In this document: positions 24,018-39,000 of the stretch, piece by piece | How the letters are laid out: each line of letters starts with the position of its first letter | Position numbering within the stretch: position 1 is the first letter of the stretch | Assembly (NCBI RefSeq): GCF_000002075.1 | Contig: NW_004797493.1 | Span: 457,022 to 521,021 of the forward strand | Source of the DNA: Aplysia californica | Taxonomy: Eukaryota | Direction: 5' to 3' | DNA length: 64,000 bases | Position numbers and translations under genes: made by a program | The notes under the pieces: generated by a model | The model's input: the letters and a program-made list of their open reading frames with translations, nothing else | Told to the model about the DNA's origin: nothing | Database searches by the model: none

Positions 24018-27000
24018 CTGCGGACAGAGGAAAGGTGAGTACTTGTAGTACATTGCATGAAAAGCAACCACCTCCGAGTTAATGAACAGCTTACAAAAAG
24101 AAATGACCAACCGCCCTCCCACCCTTACAGCCTCAAAATGTAACAAAGCACAACATCAGTAATCTTAAAAAAGATGTAAGACTTGACATCAGCTCGCTCC
24201 AATAGTGTTGCTAAGGTTTTCCGATCCCAACAATCTCAAGAGCAATTCTGAGTTTGAGAACCCTATACTCTGGTACCCTTATACACATTCTCCGTTTAAT
24301 ATTGGAGTCCTAATTATATTATTAAAATAAATATTTCTCCAGAAATGAAGGTAAATCGAAATGTTTCATATGAAAAAATGGTGAACATGTACACAAAAAC
24401 AACAACGCCCCTGTCCCCACCAAAGGTTTATGCATTTACAAATAACACAGTATGTACTATTATCCAATCACTAACGCAACCTCTCTGGTAACCATAGGGA
24501 TATCATCTGTCCATAGATGGTCGGTTTATTTATCTGAGATTTAAGTTCTTAACTTCTATCTTCACGATCCAAAACTTCCCAAAAAGTCCAAGATTTAATG
24601 GTCACTTACTGTTTTGCAACACGCTTAAGATCATCTCCATTTACAGCAAACAAACGATCTCGATTTTTTTGCCTCATTTCGTCTGAGATATCGCGAATAA
24701 AACGTGTCTGGCCTCTGTTGGCCGGGGTCACTGGATGGTCAGCCTATAGACATGAAGAAAATAAACAAGACTGTTAATAGAACAAGTTTAGACAAAAAAG
24801 AAGCAAATTACATCACAAAATATTACCAAATATCACAAAGTTTGTAAAATTAAGTTGCTGATAAGGCACTCATTATCGACTCTGGAAAGAATTCTCACCT
24901 CCTTAGTCTATCAAATACATTTCACTGCCAAAGACCACCATTCACTGTAAACACTTGTAAGAAATTATTACATATCAATGTACATTTGAGAAGCCTTGAA
25001 ATAGTCGACTTCTCAGAGTAAGACTTTCATACATCACTTTTCAAAACGGTGTTTGGCAGGGTCTTACACTAGGCAGTCGAGATAAAATCGTGGGTCTAGA
25101 GGAAAACTATTCTAAATGACATTTTGCAAATTTTAAAGGAGAAGGAAAAAACTTTCTCATTTCAACAGAACGCAATTCTAGGATCCAAAACAAACATGGG
25201 CTCATTTCGTAAATCGTTTTCTAATCAATGTCTTCCATTCTTGTTAAATCAAACAAAGTGTCACTTAGATAACTTTTTTCTGAGCAAAAGTGTGAGGAAA
25301 ACTATTCTAAAGCGGTACTTAAAATAGTTTCCTTTGTTTTTAGCAGAGCCATTTGAGAAGAAAAGTATTCTAACTCACACACTTACAATAGTTTTCTTCA
25401 TTTTCTACCACCGGAAGCAATTTTTTTGGAAAAGTATTTCAACTGCCACATATAATACTTTTCATCAAAATGTGTTCTCAAGTAGGAGATAGAATAACTT
25501 TTCATTGGGCAGCAACTGTCAATTTTAAAGCTCCGGCTCTGATGTTTTAACACAAGTTACGTCCCTCGGTGGAAGGTGACCCTATCCGTACGCCCTGGGG
25601 TCATTTTGTACTCCCGTGGTTGTATTCTTCACATTTTAGAATACTTCTAGTGCGAAGATCTCTTTGAAACTTTCAGTATTTCTCAAAAAATCATTTTGAC
25701 AGACTGCTATGCAAAGCATACGGATCGGAATAACCAGCAAATTTCCTCTTTGGAAAGTGGTGGCACAGACTTCCCCGCATCGTATGGATACAATAGTAAA
25801 ACACGACGTACGGATAGGGTTAAGGCTGTTGAAAAATCCTAATTTCGGCCGACATGTCACTTAGAATAATTTTCCTCTAGACCTGTGAAAAGATGATTGT
25901 CACAAAAGTGTATAGAAAATATAGCTTGACAAGCTGAGCAGGACGGCCCAATTTATGACAGATACCAGACTTCAAAAGTGTGATGCGATCGAGAAGAAAA
26001 AGAAGTAGCTTGAGAAACCCAAGCATGCAAGTTTTGGGGGCACTTTTTTAAAAAGACGGTGTTACTTATGAGCTCATTAACTTCCCTGCAGGTCAAATTG
26101 AAATTCTAATAAATCTTAACTCTTTCCGGACGTATCGCCGATATAACGACTGTGATAGGGCACCTCACTATTGTTTCGTTTTAACATGATCCGTCATTTA
26201 TAATTACTTTTTATTGTTATTGAAACTAGGAAAGGATTTAAGAACCGAAAACATCTAGTTTCACTTCGTCAAAGCGTGGGTTTGGGGAAAAACGAGTGAA
26301 TTTGTTGTTGCGGTCTTGCATCAACAAAACGATGTAACCGGACTCAGTATAAATATCATAACTCAAACAAAAATTGGAATATTGCTTTCAAATAAAAAGC
26401 TGCGCATTCAGAAATTTATGGATTATGCTCTTGGCCTGTATATGATAAGATATCTATGCTGATTTTCTTTCACATGTTTGGTGAATGTAATCTTTTCCGT
26501 TAAAATTTAATTTTCTCATCATCATTTCCAACCCTTGTAAAGCATATTTATATATATATTCAAAATTAATCCTTGTTTCAAGTTGGAATGTATTCCTTAT
26601 TCAATTTCCTTCAATTTGATATATCATATGTCACCCTTTGAGTGATGGTTTTGCTTCTAAGAAGTTATTTTGTACACCACCTGTGTAGCCAAATCGAGCC
26701 ACAAGTTAAATACGTCTAGACCCCCTAAAAACTACGCCCGGAAAGAGTTAACTTTTGGCAGACGAATGTCTCTTTTTCATACAGAAGCAACTTGTACCCT
26801 GCGATGCAAGAATCTGAGAAGGACACTTATTAAAGGAGACAATTATTTTCATATGTATTTTCAAGGAAAGTTACTTTCATTTTTTTTTTTTTTGTCAACG
26901 AGAAGAATACTGATACCTTAAAAAACATTATTCTTTGAGGACTTACACATTATCCTTATAATTTTCAAATAAAAAAAAGGAAGAAAAAATTTTTGCGATT

Positions 27001-30000
27001 CAGATTCAAATTCAATGTTTTAAAAAGATATCATTGCATCATTTTCGGAACAATGAAATAACACACCCTCCCCAAACACAACACACAGACAGCAAACACT
27101 GCGTCAGCCCTGACCTTCTGGAACACTCCGAGCTTGGCCTCCTCTACGTCCTCCTCAGAGAACTTTCCATCACCGGCCCACTCGATGCAGCGGTTGAACA
27201 CGTCCAGGGTTTCCAACGAGTGAGGATCTCTGAAACACACAATCCATGAACTGAGTACACTATCAGGACCAGAGACAAATAATTAGCAGAAAAAAAAGAG
27301 TGAGCGTGCGCGGGTCTCTCAAGCAGAAAAAGTGTTAGAAGTTATCTTGCGTTATTTCCTTTTGGCAAGTCACGACTTTGAAACCAAATAAATGCAAGTA
27401 GGCCATTCTGCATCTTAGTGGTGTTCTAATTTTGTTATCAGAATCATCACTGAGCAACAAAAAATCATCGAAGCTTCGAAGCGTGAGCTCACTATTCATG
27501 ACATTTGAACACCTCCGTCAAATGTTTCTTTTCTTATATATCGCAACCCCTGTACTTTCTTGTCGTATCTCCATTGTTAATAACAGTGAAAACAGTTCAT
27601 AACAAAGAGTGAGCTTAAGAAGATGTCACATTTTCACTGTTAAGAAAAATGGAGATACAACCAAAAAATACTGAGGTCGCCATATGATAAGCATAAACCC
27701 AGACCTAAGTCCTTCTATACTACATTCGCTAGTTATTCAAAGCTCCGTCGAATAGTTTTTTCTTGTATGTGATAAGCCCAGACCTAACTTCTGCAGTTCG
27801 AAGAGCCGTCGAATCGTATTTTCTTATATGTGACAAGCCCAGATCTAACTTCCGGTATTCAAAGCACCGTCGAATCGTTTTTTTTTTCTTATATAAGATA
27901 AGCCCAGATCAAACTTCCACAATTCGAAGCCCTGTTGAATGGTTTTTCTCATATTGTGATAGCCCGCCAGTCACTGAGCTCGCATGTGTTGTTGTCCCAG
28001 ACAGTGCAATGTGTTGACATCACGTCACCATTCATAGCCCTTTGAATTTCAAGTAGGGTTAGGGGAGCTCATTGCCACAGCTAATTTCATGGAAAAAACA
28101 TTCGCTGCGCTTCAAGAGTCATGTGCCCTTGCTTGAGCTGTCCATAGTGTGGCGAGTGAATATTGAATAGTAAGAGATATTCTCTAAAGGATTGTGTTAT
28201 AATTTTTGTAGGCTCCTCTTATCACTCTGTCTCGTAACCATCAAACAAAGAGTATTTCTGTATTATTTATCTGAATGATTTTAGATAAAATGCTCAGCCC
28301 AAATCCAAAATCATTTAAATAGTGCTGACTGGGGCACAAAATATTTACTATCAGTAAGTAGCAACTGATCAGTTGAGCCAAGGAGAACCACTTCTAGTCA
28401 AGAAAGGTCACTAAAAGTACTAAAACAAAACACATTATACATTTTTCTGCAGGTCACAGCACATGTTTGTTAACTCACCTCATCTCTATATTCTTATTCA
28501 AGTTATTCCATCTCAGGCACGTTGTACCATCTTCTATATGAATACTCCAAAAAGACCACAGCTCCTCAAGATTAAACAATAAAGTAATAGTTTAAAAATT
28601 ACAGTCTGAAAATTAAATAAGCAAAAATGAATGTAAAAATTTTTTTTAATTGTAGAAAATAAGAGAAAACACAAGGGCAAACCTGTAGGAAAAGAAGTTG
28701 AACGTTCCCTGACCAAGCTGAGCCCCACTGCCATAGGCTCCTCCTTTCTCTCTGAGGACAAGAAGAACAAATCATCACATAATGACCGGCTTTGGACAGG
28801 TGGGGGATCAAAAGCAAGGCTAGCCATTAACTACACAAACATGATCAAATCTGGGGGCAGCACAAGAATTTTACCATTGTTACAATATTTTTGCGGATAA
28901 CATATTATTTGCTTGTGACACTGGCAGCAACTTTAACCAAGGAAAACTAAACTGAGGGCTTTTAGTACAGCCTCTACTTCAAGAAAAGAAAGCATTTTCA
29001 ATAAGGCATAACCACTGGACTTTTGGGGTCATAGTGAGGTCAAATAAATATCAATATCAAATATAAACACATCCTAGAATACAATCAGGGCAGGGTCGAA
29101 GCATCCTGCCCCCCCCCCCCCCCCCAAAAAAAAATTCTTGAAAATATTTTGGAGGGTTATGCAACATTTACAATAACCACTACAAAGGTGAGGAAAACCC
29201 AAAGAAAAAAAAACACCAGAAATTATCCATAACTCACATCCACATGAACCGACATCTTTAAGGGTGAAAGGCAAGCATGTGCAGGTATCACACGAGGAGG
29301 TATGTGTGTTCGACGTCGATATTGTCCCAATCTATTCCTGATATTTTACAGAGCATCTCCGTCCTTTTGCTGGGATGTTGAGTCTCTCTCATTCTGGGTT
29401 GGTTCCTACACTACAGGCAGGGTGTGAAGCAGCCAGTCTCTTAAATTATTTAAATCGCGTTGATGGGTGTGTAAAACATCTACAGTTATAATTACTAATC
29501 TTATATCTTTCGAAAACAACATTTTAGAAACAGTACGACATGACCACTCTAACAAGAGACACAAAAAAACAAATCTCTATTTTTCTCAAAGATAAACAAC
29601 TCTTAAAAAAAAAGAGGACAGAACTAAAGCGACCCCCCTGAGAAAACTATTTCTCATGTATATTGTAGCAACTCTTCGCTTAAGGTTATCAGAGCAATCG
29701 TAAGTACCTTGTAGAATGGAATGTCTCACCTTATCTCTCTGTGAAGAAACTTCCTGGACATCAAAGTCCCCAGGACCGTCAATCTGCAAAAGAAATAACC
29801 ATGAAATGAGTTCAAATGAGTCTGCCATTCAAGATTTTAAAAACATATTTTTCACTGTGAAGGGCATCAAGTAGGAATAATGTGTCAAAACTCTTTTTAG
29901 GATCATAAGACGCTGGGTTCCATTCCAGCGTAGCTGTATAGGACATTATTCACCTTCGTAGTCCATCCAGCTGCAAATGAGTATTTGACAAACCAAAAGC

Positions 30001-33000
30001 AAATGAATATGTGAGGCAGCATTTTTTTGGGGGGGGGGGGGGCGAAACATCTTTTAATATGTCAAATAAAAAACCATTCCTCTGTTGATTTTACTGTAAA
30101 AACGTTAACTAAATGCACCAAAAATGTAAATTTTCATTTTCCTAGGGCTCTTCAGTTATGGAATTCATCAAAATTTGGGGGCCATTTTCTCTCTATTTTT
30201 ACCTCTGAAACCAGGCGACCCCCACATCCTTCAATCGCAAATATCTTCAATTCTATTAAAGAAAGGTGGATAACTTTTTCACTGAACGCAAGACAAATAA
30301 CGAAGCTTTAAGATGATACCACTACCTTCATATGCCCCAAAATTGACAAGCGCCCGATTCCACTGCGTCGTGACACACATATGATAAATAATAGCAGTGT
30401 GCATTTAACAAACAGAAGCATTGTAATGTACAAAAAAATTTTTTTTCCTTGGGGGGGNNNNNNNNNNNNNNNNNNNNNNNNNNNNNNNNNNNNNNNNNNN
30501 NNNNNNNNNNNNNNNNNNNNNNNNNNNNNNNNNNNNNNNNNNNNNNNNNNNNNNNNNGTGGTGTTGGTGAGAGGGATTAGGATGGGAGATGATGATGAAA
30601 TTGACAAGCAGGCCAAGAGACTTATTGAAGTGAACCCGTGTTACTGTTGAAAGGATGCAGTATAATAAATATTTTATACACTAGTGCAAAGTAATGACGC
30701 CCAAGGACCATTGGCTATGTAAAAAAAATGCTTTAATTATTATCACAGAACCCATCACAGCAGAGCTCAAATAAGACGGCAAGGCAGGCAATATCTAATT
30801 CATTTTCATCCAGAAAAAAATAATTTAACATGGAAAATTAATTTTGAGAGTTGAGAAGCAAAAACCTTTCTTCTAAAGCCCTCTATTGCTCTTCTTGCTT
30901 TTTGCTTTCTCCACAGAGGCATACAACGATGAACCAGCTTCTGTTCATCGGCAACTCAAGCTAAAATGCAAATTGCAAAGTCAGAAAAACTCTGGAGTAT
31001 CAGTCCTTCACCTGCAAAGATAGCGATGAACTTTTTGGGAGACTCAAACCCAATGTTTCAGAGGACCTGTAGCAGTGAATGGCAAAGGAGAAAGAAAATT
31101 GAAGCTAAACTAACAAATCAACTAAAAAAAAAAACCCTAGTGAACAGCAACAACTGTTAGGGATGTCAACAAGGCGTAGAAAATCAGCACTCCTAAGATG
31201 TGCCAGTCCAAACTCACGGTGTATAGTCTTTGTGTGTATACAGGACAGCTGGGAAGCTCTGGGCAACATAGTTCACAGAGAAGGGAAGCTCATACTGTGT
31301 CTGGTGGGGTGTGGCTACAATCTGGTCCATCTGAGGAAGAGGAAGATAAGACAAGATAGAAACAAATATGATCCACTTTTTTTTTGACAAGCAAAGAAAG
31401 AATTTAAGATTAATAATAATTGAAGAAGTGATAGAGAACTGAGAAATTTCTGCCTATTTCATCAAACCTCCAATTTCACTGAAAATTCGTTTCGGTTTTT
31501 TTCTATTGGACATATACTGCTTTTTTGGGGTCCAAAAACTGATAATCAAATCTAAAACACTTTAATAATAAATAACTAATGTCAAGAACTCCTTTCCTTC
31601 ACATCTCACAATAAACACTGTTCTAGAATTGATTTTGCTTCAAATCCGCATTGGTAGGAAAGAGGAGAGGAGAGATCGCAAAGTAACAAGTTTATCTTAG
31701 AAAAAAAATAAAATGTTATCTATTCTGAACAACAGCATAAAATCTGTTGCATCAGCATTTTCCCTGTTCACAAAGTTCCACACAATATGAGAAAAACCTT
31801 GAGGAAAGTTATTAAAATCGTTCATCACATCGTAGCAGACAGACCCGACAGAGGAACAAAAAAAGTTGACCTCAAGATTTTACCTCTGGGAAGATGGGGG
31901 CCATTTCCACTTCACCCTTGATGTGTCCCAGGAAAGTCTTGATGCCCTGCACTGAGCGATCCATGGCACTGGGTGTAGCATTCACAGACAGTCTGCAATT
32001 CATATGTTGGAAACATTTTTTCACAATCGGACAACAATAATGTCTTGCAACAAATTTGCATATGACTGACAACTAGCAATAAAAAAAAAATGAGCATTCA
32101 ATGTTGAAATTCATCAATGATTTTATTAAAATTCAATATTTCCCTTAAACACCTAAAGTCAAATTTGCGCCACAAGATGATTCAAGAAACAGAAAAAGCT
32201 TCTGCAGACTTTTAGAGGTACTAAGCCTTCTAAAATATAGCATGATGATAAGTTTTCATATTGTGAGGGACTCCATCTATTTTGGTCAAGATATTTAAAA
32301 AACTAAAATTTATGATAGCAACTGAACACTAAGATGCCAGTCACAGTGATGCTTAGTGAAACTTTCTTCCTTGCCAGACCAAGGTACGTATCAGTACCAT
32401 CACAGAGCAAAATCCCCCCCCTCCCCCAGCCCCTGACCCCCTCCACCACCAACACACAGACCTGAGGGAAGTTTTATCCAACACCACATTTCCAATGCTT
32501 TGTAACTTGTAGATAACGTCTGTCAGATCAGTCTGCTCAGCCACAGTCTTCATCGTGCGAACCTGAAATAATAATAATGGTAACGATAATCCCAGTAATA
32601 ATGGGAATTTACACAGCGTCTAATGTCATGTAGGCTGTAAACACTGTACTGTCATTTATGCAATTCAACTGACAAATCAAAAGACAGAAAATGTTCACTG
32701 CAAACCATTTAACAATGCACGCACACACACACACACAACTCACAGACCCACAACATTCTCACATACAAAAAGTACTGGCGGAGGATAGCGCTGAATTAAT
32801 ACGTCTTAAGATTTTTCTTAATTGATAACAATGACATGATCGAACTGAAATGAACAAGGGTTTCAAGAACAAAAGATCCATCTTTAGGCAAAAGTGTATG
32901 TACATTAAAAAGGCTGTGGCCTGCATTCAGGACGAAATGACTCTCTGATAGAGGGCATCCAGAATGCAAACCAAGTTTTACCAAAAGTGAGGCATATCTC

Positions 33001-36000
33001 TAAGGGACCTGTTTCACACATGACAAGAACTCTTGTAGAAAAGGTTAAGCTATTGACTTTACATGCAGAGGATGTGAGCTTAAATCTCATTGAGAAGCAA
33101 CAACATTGCTTCTCAACGTTGCTTCTATTCTAGGAGATATCAAACACAATACGGCACTCTACTAACACTAAACACAAACACAACCCCGACAAGCAAACTG
33201 GAGGCACTCTGCCTACCAAATTGTGTTCTAAAGAGACGTAATAATCATAAATGAAATTTATATAGCTCTCAACCCCGATTAAGGTACACAGGCTCTGAGT
33301 GCTTTCCAATAGAGTACAACCTAAAACAGTAACATAAAACGTTGGGTTCTGATCCAGATTAAAAGAAAATCATTCCAAATATTCAACGTATTTATTTAAA
33401 AATAGAAATGACTTCAGCTGACATTTGAATGAATCAAAAGATTTGATCTCTCTTAAAGTACTTGGCAAAGCATTCCAGGTCTTGGGGCCTTGATATTCAA
33501 ATATGCCCTTTCACCTATTGTTTTAAGTTTCATAGATGGTAAAAGAAATTTCTTTTCGTCGGCTGATGAGCATTTAAACTGCGAGTTGGAATGTAGTCTC
33601 AACAGATTTAATAAATATGATGGCGCATTATCATTCAAGCATTTGAGACATATGGTGGCCAACTTGTACACAATTCTTTTCTCAACAGGAAGCCAGTGAA
33701 ATGTCCGTAAAAGAAGTTTAGCAGAGTCTCGCTTTCTTTTCCATAAAACGAAATGTGTAGCATTGTTTTGGACAGTCTGAAGTCTTTTAACTTTCTCCAG
33801 TGATATTCCTGATAACAATGAGTTACAATAATCAAGTCTTGATAAAGCTAAGATAGTTACATGAAACTTTCACAATAAATTCACATTATCAGGCATGCCA
33901 ATTTGTTCAAAACCCAATCAGGGACATCCTACGTCACAACATCAGATTATGTAGCAACAAACAAAGCTGCATCAAGTGGTACTAGATGTGGAGTAGTGTA
34001 TGTTATAAATATGATCTATCGAAGTGGTGGTGGCTAGAATGCCCTCTCAAATTCCTAACTGCCGAATCCAGAACAAAACTGGGACATTCAGGACAGTTGG
34101 CAAGCCTGCATTACTTATTCATTTCATGCATGGGTTTTGCTACTACATTTGACTATAAGTCACTCATGCCTTCTGCAAAGGATGAGTGACTTTGATACAA
34201 AAACAAAAGAAAGGCTAAAGCAAGGAAGACAAAATTCATTCTGAACTCAGTCCCAACCTGAGAGTATCCATAAAACATCTCCTGGATCCAGCTAACGATG
34301 TCCAGCGTGGAGGCAGAACTGACCATGGCGTAGCGGTGACCGCTGTCTGCCAGGCTGGAGGCCAGGTTGCTGGCACACATCTTGATGAGGGTGGACAGGC
34401 GGTTTGTATCTTCAAAGTCAGGACTGCAGTTGGAGGCAGAAATACAAAATCATATGTGAGGTGTGCTGACAAAATGAGTTACTTCTCAGATTTTAGGCCG
34501 ATGGAAATAGATGCGTCAAATTTATAGGTTGGGTTTTTACAATTTATTAGTATGAAACGATAAAAGACATGTAAAACTTGAAGAGAATGGGATTGGTTTA
34601 GAATTTACAAATATGTCCCTTGTGTCAATTTTTAGCTAATATCTCCATTTTTTTTATTGTGAGAAGTAACTGATTTTGTCAGCATGCCTCACATATTATA
34701 ACACTGAAAACAATGACAAAAAATTAACACATTTCTAATGATAGGCAGATGAGGAAGAAAATGTGACACTTTCTGACTAAACTATTAGTAGTTATCATCA
34801 ATGGAATATAAAAGAAATGTGCATAAACTTAGCTTTTCACGACAAGCCTCAAAATGATTCAAGTTCATGTTGTTTACTTTATGGCTGGAGCCTCAATTTA
34901 CCTGGTCTATTCAGAGACAAAAGTCTAAACTTGACTAAAAAAAAATATGTGAAAAAATACCAACTATCTTACCATTCCCCTCAACAACAAAAGGAAGTTA
35001 CCCCCCCCCCCCCCCGCACACACAAAACCCCCCTTCCCCCCAAAAAAATTTAAAAAACACAAGAAAAGCAAATCAACAACAAACAACCAACTCTTCATCT
35101 ACTAACTGTGCCCTTGTCACTGCAAATACTCACCTGTTGATGATGTTTGTCCACAGATCCATCATTTTGTTGAAGTTTTTCTCCAAGCAGTGTGAGGAAA
35201 AGAGGACAGCTCTCTGTACGCGGTTCTGGTCGGAGTGGTGAGGAATGATGAGCGGTGAGGCTGACATCCCACCAGTGTAGAGCTCTTGTTGTTGGGACAT
35301 CCACAGAAAGTCGTGCCCGCCGGCCCCGATACTAGAGAGAGAGAAGAAAAATAGACACATTTCAATTTTCCCTGGCTGTACTGTGAGTAGAACAATCAAC
35401 TGCATACTGTCCCTCAGATCTAGAGGAAAGTACAGAAAACAAACTTTCAGATTAAAACATTAATAAAAAATATTTTTCTAAAATAATAAAATTTGTTATT
35501 AGTATAACTATTAAGTTCAGATGAAAAACTTCCATTAATAAATGCTGTCAAGAACATAAAACAGAAAATGAAGGAAGCAAAAGAAAAAAAAAAAGAAAGA
35601 AAAAAAGGAAACCCAGCATCTCTTTACTAACACAAACGCTTGCTTTCCACAGAGACAACAGAGCCGAGCTGTCACCAATCAGGCTTGGTTTCATTCCCGC
35701 CAAGATTTCATCCCATCAAGGTTCCACATATTAATAAATAAATACTAACCACTTAAAACAGAAACACTCTTCACAGACTCTTATCTTGCACAACTTTTTC
35801 ACATTCCTGTAATCTCACCTGGTGATCACATCACAGAACAACGGGACGTAAGGCATCAGATCCTCAGAAAGCCCATCCAAGTTGGAGGCCATGCGCAAAT
35901 ATGTCACACCATTGGTAGGCTGATCACAGGTCTGGATAAATGACCAATCTGAAAGAGATTTATAACACATGAAGAAGACCAAACACTCTTATGGACACAT

Positions 36001-39000
36001 TTCCCTTACAAAAGTTTTAAGTTGTTCGAAAATGAAAGCTTTGCTTTTTGAGTCCCATTGACAAACATTATGTTTCAGTTATGGACAGGAACAAAAGACT
36101 ACTAACAAATGGGAGACCCATCCCCATTCCAACTCCCAATCCCCAAGACACTCATTCTACTCCAAGTCATTTTCTGTTTCACGCTATGGAAATATCCAAC
36201 CAACCACATATTTAAAATACAATCTTCAGCACCTACATTTGATGAGCATAATATGAAAATGTACAGGAAACTACACAAGGCTTCACAACTTTCAGCACAT
36301 GTTTCTACCTGACAACATTATCAAACCTTTTTCATGCTATACATCCTACCAAACAGTTATTATCCCACAAGAGAACGCAGCCATTGCAGAGACTTACCAG
36401 CTTGTGTGATTTCAATTTTTTCATTTTTGATGCTACTGTCCAGATCGGCAACCTTAATGGAGGGCAGACAGGACAGATCTTCCTGTAGCTCTTGTTTACT
36501 TTCCAGCTCAGCACCTGGTATATTCCAAGCAAAAAACAACAACAAATAAAGCATGCTTTTGTTACTTGGAACAAGCCAATTAGTGAAGACAAAACTGTCA
36601 ACTGTAAATAACCTGTTGAAGAGAACCAGCTCAGATCCTAATATTTAGTAAACTCATTACATTGGCGTAAAATAAGGGGAAGGGGGGGGAGGGGAGAGGT
36701 TCGCAGTGGCTTAACTCACTCAACTCTAGGCCTAGACTTCCGGGTTGTCAGCTCTCCCTAGAGGTTTTAACTACTTTTTGAATTTTTTTTTTAAAAACCC
36801 CTAAATTTTATCACATCCTACCAAAATTTTATACACCTTTTATTAAAACCTTTATTTGTGTGTATTGAAAATTTGAAGGCAAAACATATCATAGTTTTTA
36901 TGCAATATTCCGTGGAAAAAGGTCTATATACATACAGAACAGAGTCAAAAAGATTTTAAAAAACAAAGAAAGGAAGTTCATTCAAATTTCGCACCCCCTC
37001 ACATGGTTCACGAATATAGCTTTCTTTTTTCTAAATTTGGGCTTGCACATATGGTCATAGTCTGTTTCAAATGAAAAATGGTTACTCTTCCAATCAAGCT
37101 ATAGTCTGCTTCACATAAAAGTAGTGTTTTCGTTCACAAGAGCGAAATTTTCCACACTAATACTGTCGGCGTTAGGGTTGGAGCGTTTGCGCGCATACCG
37201 ATATTATCGGCGCTAGGGCTGAGTGAGTAAAAACAATCAACTGAGATATAACCATTTTTCAAATTCATCATAAAATTAAAAAAATAATAAAATTTAAAAA
37301 AATTAAAAAAGAAACTAATATGCTAGCAAGGGCATTGATAAGAAGATCAGTTTCTGACCACATAAACAAGACAAAATACAAGGACAGGGTCTGAACAACA
37401 TTTTTATACCTGTAAGCAGAACATGCTCCTCTGTATAGGAAAGCATGCCATTACCGGCAAGACTTTCAACACCTTTAGACTCTAAAGCATAAGCAGTTGC
37501 TCTATCACACTCTCTCTCTTGCCCTTTTTAACTCCCAGTGGAGCACAGGCCATGAACAACATTTCTCCAGCTCCGGTGCATCCTTTTCTAGCTGTTTCCA
37601 TGGCTCTATAACGCATGGGTTATAAAATGTTACACAAGACTCAATGCCAAATCTCTTTTCCCTTGAGGTCTGTTTCATGCATCAACACATACTATCACAC
37701 TACAATCATGCTTGTGCAAATGAACCTCTGACACAATAGGCAACTCTGGATGATCAAAATGTAAGAACACAATACCTCTGTCCAGAATAAGTTTCATGTC
37801 ATCCTCATTCAGCGCCGAAACCAGATTGTCAAGTCTGTCTTTTTCTTCAGCATCCCTTTCCTCAGCCACAGAACTGTCTGGACTCATAGTCAGGGTCAAT
37901 CTGTGAGGGTTATCCTGCAAACAGAGAGCAAGGATATTTTCTTATCTCTACCTTCATGGCAGATATGACTCATTTCCCCCCTTATTTTACTGCCTTAAAG
38001 AATTTTGAATTACAAGAACGTGAATATAGAACTCATAAAACTTACTTAGTTGGCAAAAATAAGATGATACCTCACTCATACCTGTACTTTATAATATTAT
38101 CTATCTTTAGAATGGCATATACGCAATGAAAATTTCCAAAATCAACTGAAGAAGGAAACAAAGAACAAAGCATGCAATACATTTTACAAATACTTTCTTA
38201 ACTGTTTATAGTGATTAACTAAAAAATAAACTGCCTACATTGAGAAAAAGAAAAGCTGATCACATCTCTGGGCTAAAAAGAATAGGCAAAGACGACATCC
38301 GCAAATCATAGTTGTCACTACTATTAATTCACCTTAAGGTATTTTTGCACTCGTTCTTGCAGCATTTTAGGATTTTTCTTGAGCTCGGCACGGAAACTCT
38401 CCACCAGCCTGTTGTGCTGCAGCATCTGGATAGGATCTCCGTCATGGTTCCATGCACTGGCCAAACCCTAGGGAAACATTGTACCTGGATTTAGCTATAG
38501 GAGAAGATATATAGGCCAACAGCTGTAGAAGTATGGTCTGTGACATTTGCACAAGACACAACACAGAACAAAGGCATAAAAACGTGAGAATGGATGCGTC
38601 ATGAAAGTTGAAAAATTGCTTGCCCTCTGATCGCTCTTCTGCATACTCTAATTTTTAAAAAAACATAATTCTAGTTGAACCGTTAAGGCAAGAAATGTAT
38701 TTGCATAATTACTGGAGCTTAAAAATTGGACTCCTAAATTTGTGTTTTATAAAGGGGAAAGTAATGTTGCTTTTAAAAGACATAAGCACGTAAGCAGTTC
38801 TTGCATCTTCATTTTATAATTTCTTTTAATGAAGAATCAATAAATAAAATCTATTTCATCAGACATGAAACTCTTTTTTGTTTGCCTTCCCCTGCTAGAA
38901 CTCACATCTATGGGTTCACCAAACAACATCAGCATACATGACGAACATGAACATTTTTTCCAATAAAAGTTTAGAACCTCATGTCTTTAAGGTACTAACA

